Positions 7,620-17,461 of a DNA stretch of 26,441 bases are shown here, piece by piece. Numbering within the stretch: position 1 is the stretch's first letter; every line of letters starts with the position of its first letter. A program made the position numbers and the translations under genes. Source of the DNA: a bacterium (lineage in GTDB: Bacteria > Zhuqueibacterota > Zhuqueibacteria > Oceanimicrobiales > Oceanimicrobiaceae); the NCBI GenBank assembly GCA_046757025.1, contig JBHHXN010000062.1, positions 1 to 26,441 on the forward strand. The letters are read 5' to 3'. The notes beneath the pieces were generated by a model. That model saw nothing but the letters and a program-made list of their open reading frames with translations. It did no database searches and was not told the DNA's origin.

Positions 7620-8993
7620 TTAATGGGTGATCGGCTGGTCCACAAAGGTATGAAATTCTAAATCATCCAAGTAATTGTTGAGAAGCAGGTAGCCCATAAT
7701 CAGCGTAATCAGGCAGGCGGCGAGATAACCGTAGCCGTAAAATACGTAACCCAGTTGAACAGTCAGGGTGGTGAGGGCGATATTTGAAAATACAAAAACG
7801 GCCGTCATTATCATCAGTTTGGTGCGCATGTCAAAATACATTAGAAAGATGATTACCGTTAAAACCAGCATCTGCAAAAAAGCGGCGATCAGGGCTTTTT
7901 CCAAAATCAGCGTGCCCAGTACGGGCAGATGAAACAGCGCGGCGATTTCTTTGGAAAAAAGTAAACAAAGCAAAGTCACCGTGCCCTGAATTTTGATGAG
8001 ACCGATAAAACTACTTTTCACCGAGTTGGCGATGTTGAGTTTGTGTTGGGTTATTTGCTCCAGTGGATTTTTATCCAGGATAGAATAAAAAAAGGCGCGG
8101 AAATGACCGTAGAATTCGGTTTCGACTTTCACTAAAAAGTAGGTGTAGGAGGGAATGACGGTTAGAAAAGCCAGAAAGGTAGCGCCGTCATAATCCGCGT
8201 AAGCGTGCAGAAAGGAGTGTATTTGCTGCCCTTCTGCGCTGAACCAGAAAATCATTTTGTCCACCCAGATGCCAAGATTGTAGAAGAAGCCGATGAAAAT
8301 AAGCTGCGGCATTTTTTTCATGAATCGAATAAAAGTAAAATCGGGTTTTTCGGTGCTTTTGAATTCAATGAAAACTCTTGCTAGCAAAACAAACAGCAGG
8401 AGAATATGTCCGCTGGCATATCCGTTTAAAAAGCCAACTACGCCGTATTTTTCCCCCAGGAACATGGCGAGAAAGAAACTGAATCCCAGGCCGGCCACAA
8501 AGGCATACAAAATGAGTTTGTAATTTTTCACCGCGCTCAAAAAAATCATCAACTGCCAGATACAGCCGATGGTGATGAACAGAATCAGAGCGGTAAATTT
8601 GAAGAGAAATTCGATTTGCCAGAAGAACATAAACGGCAGCCCGATTAATAGTTGACTGATTACGGTGACGGTGAGCACGCTGCTGAAGGTGGGCAGAATC
8701 TGCTGCATCTCGTTTTTGTAAATCAAATCCGATAGGTAGCGGGTGATGAGCAGTTGCGTGACACCGGTGGAAATCAATGAAAACGCAAAAATATACACGA
8801 TGGTGATGAGGAACAAACGCATGTCCTGTGACGACAAAAACACCGAGGAAAAAATTCCCAGCAAAATTAAACACAGGATGGAAAAGAAGATGGGCCCGCC
8901 GGCAATGGAAGCGGAAAAAATGATGCCGCGGAAGTTGTCTAAATACGTGTCGTGCTCAAATATTTTTCTTAACTTGAAGCCGATTCCTGCCAT
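7620..8993 (-). CDS. pelG: Pel exopolysaccharide transporter PelG
   Basis: MAGIGFKLRK N-terminus, TRYLSDLIY, WVDK..FW, LVKVETEF and YGYGY motifs; multiple TM helices. Confidence 0.95.
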   Translation of the reverse strand: MAGIGFKLRKIFEHDTYLDNFRGIIFSASIAGGPIFFSILCLILLGIFSSVFLSSQDMRLFLITIVYIFAFSLISTGVTQLLITRYLSDLIYKNEMQQILPTFSSVLTVTVISQLLIGLPFMFFWQIEFLFKFTALILFITIGCIWQLMIFLSAVKNYKLILYAFVAGLGFSFFLAMFLGEKYGVVGFLNGYASGHILLLFVLLARVFIEFKSTEKPDFTFIRFMKKMPQLIFIGFFYNLGIWVDKMIFWFSAEGQQIHSFLHAYADYDGATFLAFLTVIPSYTYFLVKVETEFYGHFRAFFYSILDKNPLEQITQHKLNIANSVKSSFIGLIKIQGTVTLLCLLFSKEIAALFHLPVLGTLILEKALIAAFLQMLVLTVIIFLMYFDMRTKLMIMTAVFVFSNIALTTLTVQLGYVFYGYGYLAACLITLIMGYLLLNNYLDDLEFHTFVDQPITH

Positions 8994-8998
8994 ATCAA

Positions 8999-10549
8999 TT
9001 ATCCACTTTGCGTCAGTTCGTAGCTTGAAATCGTTTCCGACTGCGCGATGGTCTCTTCATCTATCCCAATAAATTGACGATAGAGTTTGCGATATTGATT
9101 ATCCAAATCGGATTTGTTGTAAAACTGCGCCACCCGGCGTTTACCCACCTGGCCCATTTTGGTTCTCAGGTCTTTGGATTTCCAGATACGGATGATGGCA
9201 CGGGCGATTTCATCGGCGTTGGTGATACCGGCAATCAAACCGCTTTTGCCCAGGGCCCGGTCTTCTTCGGTGCTTCCGTAAAGCAGCTCCCGACAGGCGC
9301 CTACATCCGTGGCCACCACGGGAATCCCCATACAATTGGCTTCCAAAATGACCAGCGGCTGCGCCTCGCTGATGCTGGTTAGGACCAGCAGATCGATTTT
9401 GGGGTAGTACTCACACACGTCCACTTTGCCGGTGAACTGCAGGATGTTTTTTAACCCCAAAAACGCCGTCAACTGCACGCATTCCTCGTAGTACGATTCT
9501 TCTTCGTCTGTGGGCCCCATGACGTAAACTTTGAGTTTGGGCACCACGTCTGCCACTGCTTTGCAGGCTCGAATAAAGGTTTTCACATCTTTGATTGAGA
9601 CCACCCGTCCCATAAAACCGATGACAAATTCTTTGGAATCGGCTTTGGGCGCTCTTTTTAGATTCTTAAACTGTTCGATGTCGATGCCATTGGCAATGAT
9701 CAAGGATTTGCCGGGGTCGGCGCCGTCTTCCATTTGATATTTTTGATTGCCGGAAAACAACGTGATAATGACGTCGGAGTACTCATAACACAGTCGGCTC
9801 AGAGAAGTAAACATTCTGTTCCACAAATCTTTGAATCGGCTCTGGGATTTGCGCACTTTCATCTGTTGCCGGTCTTTTTCATAAATCCAATCCGCGCGAC
9901 TGATTTCAATTCGACGCTCGCGGGTGTAAATGCCGTGCTCGGTTAAAATCAGCGGGCGCTGGTATTTCAACTTAGCCGCCACGCCCAGCAGACCGGCGTA
10001 GCCAGTGGATACGGTGTGATAGACGCGCGCGGGCGGCAGCTCGGAAATCAGAATCTTAAAAATGGGATAGTGAATAAACCGATAGGTCCAGAAGTAGTCG
10101 ATGAATGAAGCGTCCGGTGCTTTTTCCCGATACAGCCGGGATAGAATTTCCCAAGCCTGTTTGTGATCGGCCATTTGCTCCGGGGCCAGGCCTCGGGTGT
10201 TGGCATTGAAAAAATTGTGAAAAATGGATTCGAACAGTTCGTATTTGTTCGAATTCACGGGACAGAAATGAAATTCATCGATTTCATGCCAGGCCTGTTT
10301 CTGCAGCCGATTTTGATGTTCGTGCGGCAATTGCAAGTCGTGCAAAAAAATGGGGCGGATCTCTTTAATGTTTTCAGGAATAGAATATTTGTATTCTCGC
10401 GCGGTGGTTTGATCCGGCAAAATTACCGCTAAAGAAAAAGTATATTCATTCAAACTCGTCACCAGCGAATGCACCCAGGACGAAACACCGCCAGCCACAA
10501 AGGGGTAGGTGCCTTCCAGGAGCAAACAAATATCGGTTTGGTTTGTCAT
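8999..10549 (-). CDS. pelF: GT4 glycosyltransferase PelF
   Basis: LEGTYPFVAGGVSSW, STGYAG, LTEHGIYTRER, GRVVSIKDVKTFI and SISEAQPLVILE motifs. Confidence 0.95.
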   Translation of the reverse strand: MTNQTDICLLLEGTYPFVAGGVSSWVHSLVTSLNEYTFSLAVILPDQTTAREYKYSIPENIKEIRPIFLHDLQLPHEHQNRLQKQAWHEIDEFHFCPVNSNKYELFESIFHNFFNANTRGLAPEQMADHKQAWEILSRLYREKAPDASFIDYFWTYRFIHYPIFKILISELPPARVYHTVSTGYAGLLGVAAKLKYQRPLILTEHGIYTRERRIEISRADWIYEKDRQQMKVRKSQSRFKDLWNRMFTSLSRLCYEYSDVIITLFSGNQKYQMEDGADPGKSLIIANGIDIEQFKNLKRAPKADSKEFVIGFMGRVVSIKDVKTFIRACKAVADVVPKLKVYVMGPTDEEESYYEECVQLTAFLGLKNILQFTGKVDVCEYYPKIDLLVLTSISEAQPLVILEANCMGIPVVATDVGACRELLYGSTEEDRALGKSGLIAGITNADEIARAIIRIWKSKDLRTKMGQVGKRRVAQFYNKSDLDNQYRKLYRQFIGIDEETIAQSETISSYELTQSG

Positions 10550-11626
10550 CTAATTTTGTAAATTACAATGTCTATACTTTACAGTTTCGTTTTCGTAAAC
10601 GACGTCCTGAGTGCACCACCAATTGACCACGGCTTTGAGATTTTCAGGCAGTTTGTCCAATTGCAAAAGCCTTTCACAAACGTCGGAAACCGCGGCGTAA
10701 TTTGACAATTCATAGTAAGCCTCAGCCAGCCAGATGTGTGGATTAGGATTTTGCGGTACCAATTCCGCGGCTCGCGTCAAGTTTTCGATGGCCTCTTCAA
10801 GCTGGCCGGACTTCAACAAAATGCGACCGTATTCTAACGTGGCCGCCGCATGCGTGGGATGGTTGGCCAAAAAATGCCGGTACTGCTCCAATGACAGATT
10901 CTGGTAGTGCGCTTTCACCGCCTGATCCAGCACATCCAAATAGCAATAAAGATCGTAGGTTCGGGCAAGCTGTAATCGTAAATCGTCATCTTCTGAATTG
11001 ATCTGCATCGCGTTTTGCAGTTTTTCTATTTTTTTGATGATCTTATCTTCCATTTCAATCAGGGCCGAGGCCGCCATGACTTTGGTGTCGGTGGTGGACG
11101 TGTTCACCACGTTTTGCAAAATCGCCACCGATTGTTTGTTGACGATTTTGGAGAGTTTGTTGATGGCGTTTTCTTGCAATTGTCGGTCGTGACTGATGAA
11201 AATATCTTTGAACGCTTCGATATCCAGCTCGTTGCGCTTGATGCTGATGATTTTTTTGTCCGCGTCTTTAATTAAGAAATCGTTTCTTGAAGGCAGAAAT
11301 TCTTCATCCACCTCAAAGTAATCGGGGGATTGGATATCTATATTTTGCATCACAAATAACAGTAAAAACATGCCCAGCATGCCGTAGCCCGGCAAAATGA
11401 ACGCCAGCATTCCCGCCACCAGAACGAAATTGTCGTCGATGCGAACGGTATTTTTTTTTATCTGGTTGATGAGAAACGAAAACACCGCCACCAGTAAAAG
11501 ATGCAGTGCAAAACCCGACAATTTGAGGAACCCAGACAGGGCGAGGATCCAGTACACTGCCACGGCTTCCAGGAGCATAACCAATAAAAGAGTGATTTTT
11601 ATGAATGTCGTCCGGCCGGTTTTCAT
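10550..11626 (-). CDS. pelE: PelE-like inner-membrane helical repeat/TPR protein
   Basis: N-terminal TM helices, a HEAT-like segment and C-terminal TPRs; located between pelD and pelF. Confidence 0.7.
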   Translation of the reverse strand: MKTGRTTFIKITLLLVMLLEAVAVYWILALSGFLKLSGFALHLLLVAVFSFLINQIKKNTVRIDDNFVLVAGMLAFILPGYGMLGMFLLLFVMQNIDIQSPDYFEVDEEFLPSRNDFLIKDADKKIISIKRNELDIEAFKDIFISHDRQLQENAINKLSKIVNKQSVAILQNVVNTSTTDTKVMAASALIEMEDKIIKKIEKLQNAMQINSEDDDLRLQLARTYDLYCYLDVLDQAVKAHYQNLSLEQYRHFLANHPTHAAATLEYGRILLKSGQLEEAIENLTRAAELVPQNPNPHIWLAEAYYELSNYAAVSDVCERLLQLDKLPENLKAVVNWWCTQDVVYENETVKYRHCNLQN

Positions 11627-11632
11627 AAAGCT

Positions 11633-13141
11633 TTATATTTGTGAACTTGGTCGTATTTTTTTGAGAGACCTTTGCGGCCCGTTTTTTGTGTCCGTCGATT
11701 TTTCCGAATTGAGCAGATACTGCAGATCGTCGTAAATGTCGCTTTCTTTGCGCACGCCGCCGTATTTGACGCGCTCTTCTGCCGCTTTGATCAAACTGTC
11801 ATAAGAGCCTTCGCTCAATTGCAGCGTGCTCAAGCCGATTTTTAAGGATAAAATGATATCCTCATCCGTAAACGGCCTGAGCTGGTAATTGTTGATTTCT
11901 TTCATCAACCGGTTGACGATGATGTCCCCCTGCTCGTTATTTTGTCCCGGCAAAATCACCGCAAATGTGCTGTCGTTGGTATATTTCGCGATGATATCGG
12001 TTTCGCGCAGCAGGTTGGAAAATATCCAGTTTAAAACCACCAGCACGTTCTTTTGTTCTTCGTCGTTCATCTCTTCAAATTTGTCCACCTCGATGAGCAT
12101 CAGCGACAAAGGCATGTCGAATCGTTTGGCACGGGCGATTTCGTATTTTAAGCATTTCTGGAAATAATAATAGTTGTAGGCGCCGGTGATTTCATCTGCG
12201 ATATTTTTATCTTTGAGCTTTTGAAATTGCACAGCTTTGTCCACCAGCATGGAAACCCACAGCGAAAGCATTTCGAACACGTTCACTGAATTGCTGTTGA
12301 AATCGAAAAAGGGCATTTTTTCGATGTTGATGACGCCGACGATGGTTTCGTCTTTTAAGGTGATGGGCGCCGACATGATCAGGCCCAGCTCATTGTACTC
12401 GCTCATTTCTTCTTCGGTGTACATCTGATTGATGGCGATGACTTTTTTGGCTTTGATGGCTTCCCCCATCATGCCGTCGGTGAGCTCAACCGTGTGCGGA
12501 AGTTTGTGCTTGTCTTTTTGCCCATATCTGCGATGGCAGCGAAGCTGGTTGTCTTTGATGAGATAGATCGACGAACACTGGACATTCAACTGTTCCGCAA
12601 TCAACTCTGGAATTTTGTTGTACAAGCTTTCCAGTTCCAGTTTTTCCAAATCGTTCAAGCGTTCAAAAAGGCGCAGCATGGATGTGGACTGAAACGCGAT
12701 GCGCCCGTCCAATTCCTGCTTCGATTCCGACAGCGCTGCATACTGCACCCCCAGGTCCTGCAGTTGCGTGAATTTTTCATGGTGCTGTTTTTTGAGATCC
12801 ATGAACTTTGTTTTGTAAAAGCTGCGAATCTCACCGAGAACGCCGCCTGTCAATATAAAAAAGAACGGCATTTTGTAAACGCCGTGCGGAAAGTTGAAAC
12901 TGCTCAATTTCAGCAGGCCGGCATGGGAACCCAAAAACAAATAAAGAACCGCTGCCACCACCCCGGCAAACAATCCTTGCAGGGTGCCGTAGCGGCTGGC
13001 GATTAGTAAAATCACGATCCAGTAAGGATGCGGCTGCACTCCGATGAAAGCCGCCGTTTTTTTGAATAACAAAATATTTAATAATATCAGAATTAAAAAT
13101 CCCAGATAGGTTTCGATGACAAATGCGTATTTTCGTATCAT
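11633..13141 (-). CDS. pelD: PelD-like c-di-GMP receptor (TM + GAF + degenerate GGDEF)
   Basis: TM region with LLIASRYG, coiled coil, GAF domain, and a GGDEF-type domain with RxxD (RETD) but KYTNDST in place of RxGGDEF. Confidence 0.85.
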   Translation of the reverse strand: MIRKYAFVIETYLGFLILILLNILLFKKTAAFIGVQPHPYWIVILLIASRYGTLQGLFAGVVAAVLYLFLGSHAGLLKLSSFNFPHGVYKMPFFFILTGGVLGEIRSFYKTKFMDLKKQHHEKFTQLQDLGVQYAALSESKQELDGRIAFQSTSMLRLFERLNDLEKLELESLYNKIPELIAEQLNVQCSSIYLIKDNQLRCHRRYGQKDKHKLPHTVELTDGMMGEAIKAKKVIAINQMYTEEEMSEYNELGLIMSAPITLKDETIVGVINIEKMPFFDFNSNSVNVFEMLSLWVSMLVDKAVQFQKLKDKNIADEITGAYNYYYFQKCLKYEIARAKRFDMPLSLMLIEVDKFEEMNDEEQKNVLVVLNWIFSNLLRETDIIAKYTNDSTFAVILPGQNNEQGDIIVNRLMKEINNYQLRPFTDEDIILSLKIGLSTLQLSEGSYDSLIKAAEERVKYGGVRKESDIYDDLQYLLNSEKSTDTKNGPQRSLKKIRPSSQI

Positions 13142-13143
13142 AA

Positions 13144-16100
13144 CTAATAGTAGTAATTTAAGTAAACAGATACCGTTTTGATTTCTTCGCTGCCGTTTAA
13201 GCGGTTCTGATTTCCATAAGAAAATAAAGAACGCAGCCGCAGTCGATTGAACAGTAGATATTCGATGTCGAGCTGGCCAAAAAAGAGCAGATGGTTTTGG
13301 TAAGTGTCAAATCCCAGGCTGGCGTTCATTTCATAGAATAAATTTTTTGTAAGCTGGTGATTCAATGCGGAGCCCAGATAGTGAATGGATTGCTGCCCGG
13401 GGATGGCGATCAAATTGCTCATCGCCCGGTTCTGGTAGTGAAAATTGTTGTGATAAAAGAGATAATACGTCAGCAGCTGCGGCCGCCGCTGCCATTGGTA
13501 CCCTGCCTGCAAATAGGCGCGAAAGGCGCCCCCAAAATCATCCTGATTTTGAATACGGTAGCGTTCATAGGCCAGCCGATTCCAGAGCAAGATACGATTG
13601 AGCAGCGTGAGATTGACCTCGGCTTGCAGGTTGTACATTCGGCCCTGGTAAAAGGCAGCAATGACCGGATCGTTCCAGGTTTCATTCAACAGGGTGGAAA
13701 CGGAAACCGAATTGGATGAATTGAAAAATTTTCGCACCTGCATTTCCCCGGACAGATGCCATTTCGAAAGCGTTTTTTGCAATTGCACGGCTGCTGAGGT
13801 TTGGATTCGGGAGCGGAATCCGGAGTTTAACTCAGCACGGAAATTGGAATTTGCTTGCGCGGCAAAGCTGCCATCGCGGGCAGAATAGGTTTCCCGGCCA
13901 AATAATAATTTGAGATGCATCAGCGAAGACACGGCTTTCGAATAAAGCAGGTTGTAAATTTTTTTGACGAAATTATCCGCTTGTTTCTCATTCTGATACT
14001 CGGTGGCGAACGATTCGTCGTGCACCCTGCGCAGGGCAAGCAGCCGTTCGTGGGCTGGTATGGTGGCGGGATATTTTTTCAGGATATTTTCCAGAGTTTG
14101 CTTGCTTGCGTACCAGTCGCCGGAAGCCAGCTCAGCATCGGCACGATCAATTTTCAAGCCAACATCGCCGGGATGTGCGCGCTCCAGCTCGGCAAGGATT
14201 TCAGCGGCCGGGCGGTACTGGCCCTGCTCAAAATAGCTGCGGCTTTGTAAGCGCCAGGCTCGGTAGTTGCCGGGTTCTTGTTCCAAAATGTCGTCCAGCA
14301 CCGTTTGGGCGCGCTCGTATTCTTTGAGCTGCAGCAGACTCTCGGCGTAGTCGATTTTGATCGCCAAATTTCGGGGATGGCGTGCTGTTAGCGATTCAAA
14401 TTGCTCAAGCGCCCGTTCTCGCTCGTTTAGAAAAGCGTAGATTTGCGCCTGCACGGTGACGGTTTCAAGGTTCTGCGGCGCCTGTTCCACCAGGGCCAAG
14501 GCGGTCTGGAATTCTTCCACAGCCTGCTTTGGCCTTCCCCCTAGATGCTGCAATCTTCCCATTTGAAAATGGCTGTAATAGTCGTTTGGATAGAGCTTTT
14601 GGTATTCATGTAAAACTTTTCGGGCTGCCGCGGGTTGATTATTCCAGGCGTAGGCCAGCCCCAGCATACGCAGGGTGGCGCTGTCTGCTGGTGAATTTTT
14701 CAACTCGGTTTCAAAAAGCTCGATGGCTTCGTCGAAATAGGCTCTGTCAAAGTAAAATTGTCCCACTTTTCGGCGGATTTGGGTTTCGCCAGTTCGGGTC
14801 CGAATGAGGTTCTCGGTGATTTGACGCATTTTGTCGACGTCGTTCTGCAGCCAGTAGAGCGCAGCCACATCCAACTGCAGATACACGTCCTGCGGGGCGC
14901 GTCTCAGAAGGGCTTCGTAGATCTTTGCTGCTCGGGCAAAGTTGTGATTTTGACGATACTGCGCCGCCAAAAGTTTCAGGTATTCGAGGTTGCGGGGATG
15001 GAGCTGCACGAGTCGTTGGAAGCAGTAAATGCTATCTTCAAAATAACGATACTCTGCGAACAAACGGCCGGCAAACAAAAGAAACGATTCGTCCTGGTGC
15101 GGGTAATTCGAGAGGCCTTGCTTGATAATATCGAGAGCCTGACTGGTTTCCTGTTTGAACAGATGCAATCGAGCCAATTGCATTCGGTACTGCAAATTCT
15201 GCGGATGTTCGATGAGTAGCAGCCAGTACAAATTTTTAGCTTTGTCGTAATTTTGCGTCAGCAGAGCGGTTTCAGCGTACTGATCGTATATTTCAGTTTG
15301 CACCGTTTGTGTGCGGATGAGCTCCTCAAATACCGCCAGCAGTTTGTCGTAATTCTGTTCGCTGGTATAGTATTCGATCAGCGCGTGGGTGATTTCCGGC
15401 TCCGCGTAACCGCCAAAGAAAAGCTTCTCGTAAATTTTCGCCGCCCGCTGCGGCTGGCGCAGCAGGTGGTACAGGTCGGCCAATTTCATGGCGTAGGCGG
15501 ACTGGTCGGGGTTTTTTTTCATGAGGAGCTTGAATTGCTCCACCGCCTTTTCCGTGCGTCCAAGATGTAAAAAATAGTCCGCGTACTGTTCACGCAGTTG
15601 GTTGTCGCCGGGCAAATAGCGTAAACGTAGTTGAAAGTAGTTGAGGGCTTTTTCGGGTGCATAATCTTTTGTCAGTTCGATCAATTTGGTAAAATAGCCG
15701 GCGTTCAAGCGATGTCCGGCGAGCAGGTATTCGTAGTGCAAAATGGCGCCATCGACTTGCTGCATCCAGAGGTAGAGCTCGGCGAGTTTCACCCGCACGT
15801 TTTCCTCGTCAGGATGGCTTGCAAGAACCTGTTCAAAGGCTGCAGCAGCCAGCTCTTTTTCGTTTTCGACCAGGTAGAGATCGCCCAACAAGGTCTGGGC
15901 TTCCGGGTTGTCGGGCTGAATGGTCAGCAGGCGTTTCAAATAGTCGATGGTTTTGCGGTATTTGTTTAGACTCAAGTTTAAATGGATCACTTTATCTAAA
16001 TAAGCCGTGTTGCGGGGATCCTTTGCCAGCAACTCTTCGTAGAGGCGCACGGCATGATACGTGTCTGAATTCCATTCGTAAGCTTCAGCCAGTTTTACCC

Positions 16101-16479
16101 GGTACTCCGCTTTAGGGGAAACCACCGCTAATTTTTTCAGCGTGGCCAGAATTTTTTCTTTCTTACCCACGGCCGAGTAGAGGTGAAATAATTTGTTCAG
16201 TAGCAGCGGATCGTGTGGTCGTATTTCACTGGCCAGCTCGAACTGCTGCAGAGCCAATTCGGGTTCGTCGTTGAGCAAATAAATTTGCCCTAACTCCATG
16301 CGAATGTCTTCCCGGTCGGGCTGTGCCTGCAGGGCTTTTTGATAATTTTGAATGGCCTCTTCGTATTTACCAACTCGACCCAGCAGATCGGCTAATTTGA
16401 GCTTCGAAGGAAAGATCAAAATGCAGCTCAAAACGATTGCGGCCACAAATAACAATGGCCACCAGATTTTAATTCTCAT
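13144..16479 (-). CDS. pelB: PelB-like TPR + outer-membrane beta-barrel export protein
   Basis: 1111 aa with a hydrophobic N-terminus, about 800 aa of TPR-like repeats, and a C-terminal amphipathic strand domain ending VYLNYYY; pel context. Confidence 0.75.
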   Translation of the reverse strand: MRIKIWWPLLFVAAIVLSCILIFPSKLKLADLLGRVGKYEEAIQNYQKALQAQPDREDIRMELGQIYLLNDEPELALQQFELASEIRPHDPLLLNKLFHLYSAVGKKEKILATLKKLAVVSPKAEYRVKLAEAYEWNSDTYHAVRLYEELLAKDPRNTAYLDKVIHLNLSLNKYRKTIDYLKRLLTIQPDNPEAQTLLGDLYLVENEKELAAAAFEQVLASHPDEENVRVKLAELYLWMQQVDGAILHYEYLLAGHRLNAGYFTKLIELTKDYAPEKALNYFQLRLRYLPGDNQLREQYADYFLHLGRTEKAVEQFKLLMKKNPDQSAYAMKLADLYHLLRQPQRAAKIYEKLFFGGYAEPEITHALIEYYTSEQNYDKLLAVFEELIRTQTVQTEIYDQYAETALLTQNYDKAKNLYWLLLIEHPQNLQYRMQLARLHLFKQETSQALDIIKQGLSNYPHQDESFLLFAGRLFAEYRYFEDSIYCFQRLVQLHPRNLEYLKLLAAQYRQNHNFARAAKIYEALLRRAPQDVYLQLDVAALYWLQNDVDKMRQITENLIRTRTGETQIRRKVGQFYFDRAYFDEAIELFETELKNSPADSATLRMLGLAYAWNNQPAAARKVLHEYQKLYPNDYYSHFQMGRLQHLGGRPKQAVEEFQTALALVEQAPQNLETVTVQAQIYAFLNERERALEQFESLTARHPRNLAIKIDYAESLLQLKEYERAQTVLDDILEQEPGNYRAWRLQSRSYFEQGQYRPAAEILAELERAHPGDVGLKIDRADAELASGDWYASKQTLENILKKYPATIPAHERLLALRRVHDESFATEYQNEKQADNFVKKIYNLLYSKAVSSLMHLKLLFGRETYSARDGSFAAQANSNFRAELNSGFRSRIQTSAAVQLQKTLSKWHLSGEMQVRKFFNSSNSVSVSTLLNETWNDPVIAAFYQGRMYNLQAEVNLTLLNRILLWNRLAYERYRIQNQDDFGGAFRAYLQAGYQWQRRPQLLTYYLFYHNNFHYQNRAMSNLIAIPGQQSIHYLGSALNHQLTKNLFYEMNASLGFDTYQNHLLFFGQLDIEYLLFNRLRLRSLFSYGNQNRLNGSEEIKTVSVYLNYYY

Positions 16480-16560
16480 CTTTTTTTCTGATCAATTCAA
16501 GTAAATTCGAATTAGGTCAATTCAATTCAACTAAAAACATTCGTCGTATTCGCTTCCAAC

Positions 16561-17439
16561 TTATAAAGTAAAATAAAATACCGAATCCAATTTCGCGGTG
16601 CTGATGTATGGCACAAAATTCAAGTTCCGCGCTTTTTGAATAATAGATTGGATCGCCTGCTGATTTTCGGGCGCGAGATAATCCAGGGTGAAAATAAGCA
16701 GGTTGAATTTTTTCTGCGCGGCCACCAGTTGTTCCACGACGGGCTGATATTCGCTGGGGGGGCGTAATTTCATGCCCTGTTCGGCCTGAAAAAGGATGGT
16801 GGTGAACAGCGACTCCGCCACGATGCCGTCGATATCCCTGCCCATTTCGTCTAACAGAGAGAAACCACGGTTGGCGATGATGAAAATGTCGGGGAAGCGC
16901 TTGCGGATGGCACGAATGAGCGCGATCATGCTTTGCTGCGCGCCGGGATATTTTATGCCCGGGTGATATTTTTCCAGATATTCGGCGTTGTCGATGGTAT
17001 CCAAAAAAATACCGTCAAATCCCTGGGCGAGTACATTGGGGATGATTTTGCTGATCAGCCATTGCTGCCACTCGGGAGCGCGCACATCGATGAAGTAGCT
17101 GTCCCAGTTGGGATTTTTTTGCACCACCCACGGTTTGTTCGCGATCTGCGGCCAGTACCAGCGGTACGTTCCCACTTCCCCGAGACTAACGTAACCCACC
17201 AGCACGGTTTGGCTGTTTTTAAGTCCCTGCAAATCCGGATGCGCGTCCGCATCGAGGACCGCCAGATCAAATTTCTTTAAGTCCGCCGGGGCGGTTCTGT
17301 CGTTGTAAACACACACCCAGTTATTAATTTTTTTTATCGCCAGCGGCCGACGTATGGTTTTGGGTTTCACGCAAAAATGAAACATAAAAACGCTCAACAG
17401 AATGGGTAAATATTTTTTTATGGCGGTTCGAAACGGCAT
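16561..17439 (-). CDS. Endo-alpha-1,4-(N-acetyl)galactosaminidase (GH114/GH166; stand-alone PelA hydrolase domain)
   Basis: GYVSLGE, GFDGIFLDTID, NRGF, GIVAES and TLDY motifs. Start moved from 17493 to ATG 17439, which has a GAGGA RBS, removes the overlap with the upstream gene and yields a signal peptide. Confidence 0.85.
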   Translation of the reverse strand: MPFRTAIKKYLPILLSVFMFHFCVKPKTIRRPLAIKKINNWVCVYNDRTAPADLKKFDLAVLDADAHPDLQGLKNSQTVLVGYVSLGEVGTYRWYWPQIANKPWVVQKNPNWDSYFIDVRAPEWQQWLISKIIPNVLAQGFDGIFLDTIDNAEYLEKYHPGIKYPGAQQSMIALIRAIRKRFPDIFIIANRGFSLLDEMGRDIDGIVAESLFTTILFQAEQGMKLRPPSEYQPVVEQLVAAQKKFNLLIFTLDYLAPENQQAIQSIIQKARNLNFVPYISTAKLDSVFYFTL

Positions 17440-17461
17440 GGTTAAGTAATCCTCAGTCGTA

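Noticed and set aside
16494..16533. Short AATTC(A) repeats between the hydrolase gene and pelB
   Set aside because: Low-complexity AT-rich sequence with irregular spacing.
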